Below, piece after piece: positions 62,850 to 64,000 of a stretch of 64,000 nt of DNA. The translations under genes were made by a program, and so were the position numbers. The DNA is from Octopus sinensis (Eukaryota). Numbering within the stretch: the stretch's first letter is position 1; every line of letters starts with the position of its first letter. The stretch is taken from the NCBI RefSeq assembly GCF_006345805.1, contig NC_043000.1, positions 46,128,001 to 46,192,000 on the forward strand, written 5' to 3'. The notes beneath the pieces were generated by a model. It saw only the letters and a list, made by a program, of their open reading frames with translations. It was not told the DNA's origin and made no database searches.

Positions 62850-63245
62850 CTACTTGCTTCAGTCAGCTGACTGTGGCCATGCTGGAGCACAGCCTTAAAG
62901 AGTTTTAGTCGAAGAAATTGATCCCAGGACTTATTATTTGTAAGTCTAGTACTTATCCTATTGATCTCTTTTGCCGAACCACTAAGTTACGGGAATGCAA
63001 ACACATCAACATTGATTTTCAAGCGATGGTAGAGGAACAAACACAGGCACAAATATATACACACATAAATATATACATATATATGTACATAATGAGGTTC
63101 TTTCAGTTTCTGTCTAACAAATGCACTCCCAAGGTTTTGGTCAGCCCAAGGCTATAGCAGAAGAGACTTTCCTAAGGTGTCATGCAGTGGGACTGAACCT
63201 GGAATCATGTGGTTGGGAAGCAAGATGCTTTACCACACAGTCATG
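62850..63245 (-). mobile_element. Family B SINE
   Basis: Reverse-complement structure present. Confidence 0.8.
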
Positions 63246-63753
63246 CCTTCAGAAGAAACAAAATGGAAGAAGTTGCTTAATGGATGAAGTTCGATTTTGA
63301 TTAAGTAGACCTATGCTCTAAGGCATCTAACTATAACAAAATTTGTATTTTAAAGGCCTCTTGGACTCTATGTGTTCTTCCTTTCTTCTAAAAAAGACAG
63401 TGAAATATGTTTTGAGTACGTTTTTGACTGCTGTTTCTAGCATATTAAACAGTAGTATATATAATCCTTTCTTGTCTCAACACAAAAAGGTACTCTTTGT
63501 TCAAATCCACAAATTAAACTTTTTGTTAGCGATCTTCATTGCTATTCAATAAGAACTAGATAATTACAATCTTCTAGTTTCTATACAGGTTTCTCAACTA
63601 ATTAAAGCTTCTGATGTGATGGACTGACCAGTGTTTGCTGCTTGGCAGAAGACAAGTATTAGTAAAACTGTACAACTGAACTTGGTAAAATCTGTCTTAC
63701 CTTATTAACTGCCAAATGTATTATTGATTTAGTGGTACTGATATTTTACACAG

Positions 63754-63817
63754 TGATAATCAGGAAGGAGAACTCTGCTGTCGTAAGATTATTGCTGGAT
63801 ATGGGGGACAAATTATC
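63754..63817 (+). CDS. Candidate 64-nt coding exon
   Basis: Acceptor GATATTTTACACAG and donor ATC/GTAAGT. Two open frames: DNQEGELCCRKIIAGYGGQII, or the ankyrin-like IIRKENSAVVRLLLDMGDKL. Confidence 0.35.
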
Positions 63818-64000
63818 GTAAGTGAAGTAAGACATATTGACATATTTCTACCAGTCAAATGTATTTTATGGGATTTCTGCTTATACACGTATGTATGTAT
63901 GTATGTATGTATGTATGTATGTATGTATGTATGCATGTATGCATGTATGTATGCATCTGTGTGTATGTCTGTGTGTGTATGTATGTAGGTATGTACGTAT

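Overview
AT-rich, microsatellite-dense eukaryotic DNA made almost entirely of transposable-element relics. The SINE/LINE-tail families look like those of octopus genomes (inference from recognised repeat families, not verified). No host gene can be identified with confidence; only isolated plus-strand exon candidates (43950-44083, 63754-63817) are offered. Most listed ORFs are microsatellite or minisatellite artefacts or TE remnants. Identifiable elements: a young 5'-truncated RTE LINE with a TSD, two older RTE relics, a CR1/L2-type LINE end, a Penelope-like element (RT + GIY-YIG), three mariners, a pogo relic, non-autonomous Helitrons, piggyBac-like TTAA MITEs, three tRNA-derived SINE families, a (GAT)n-tailed LINE-3'UTR family, and several tandem and dispersed duplications. 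Main discovery: several short elements that look like ordinary palindromic MITEs carry hammerhead-ribozyme cores and share the architecture of the Penelope-like element, with an inverted copy of the 3' end placed at the 5' end. These include CUGANGA...GAAA cores at 23661, 36229 and 41334(-), and U3-A8 covariant UUGANAA...GAAA cores at 13827, 20697(-), 21502 and 37034. One 350-bp TSD-flanked insert (41243-41592) folds best as a type III hammerhead enclosing a 106-nt potential circular unit. A possible degenerate HDV-like fold lies at 12248-12305. All structures were paired by eye and none has been tested for activity.
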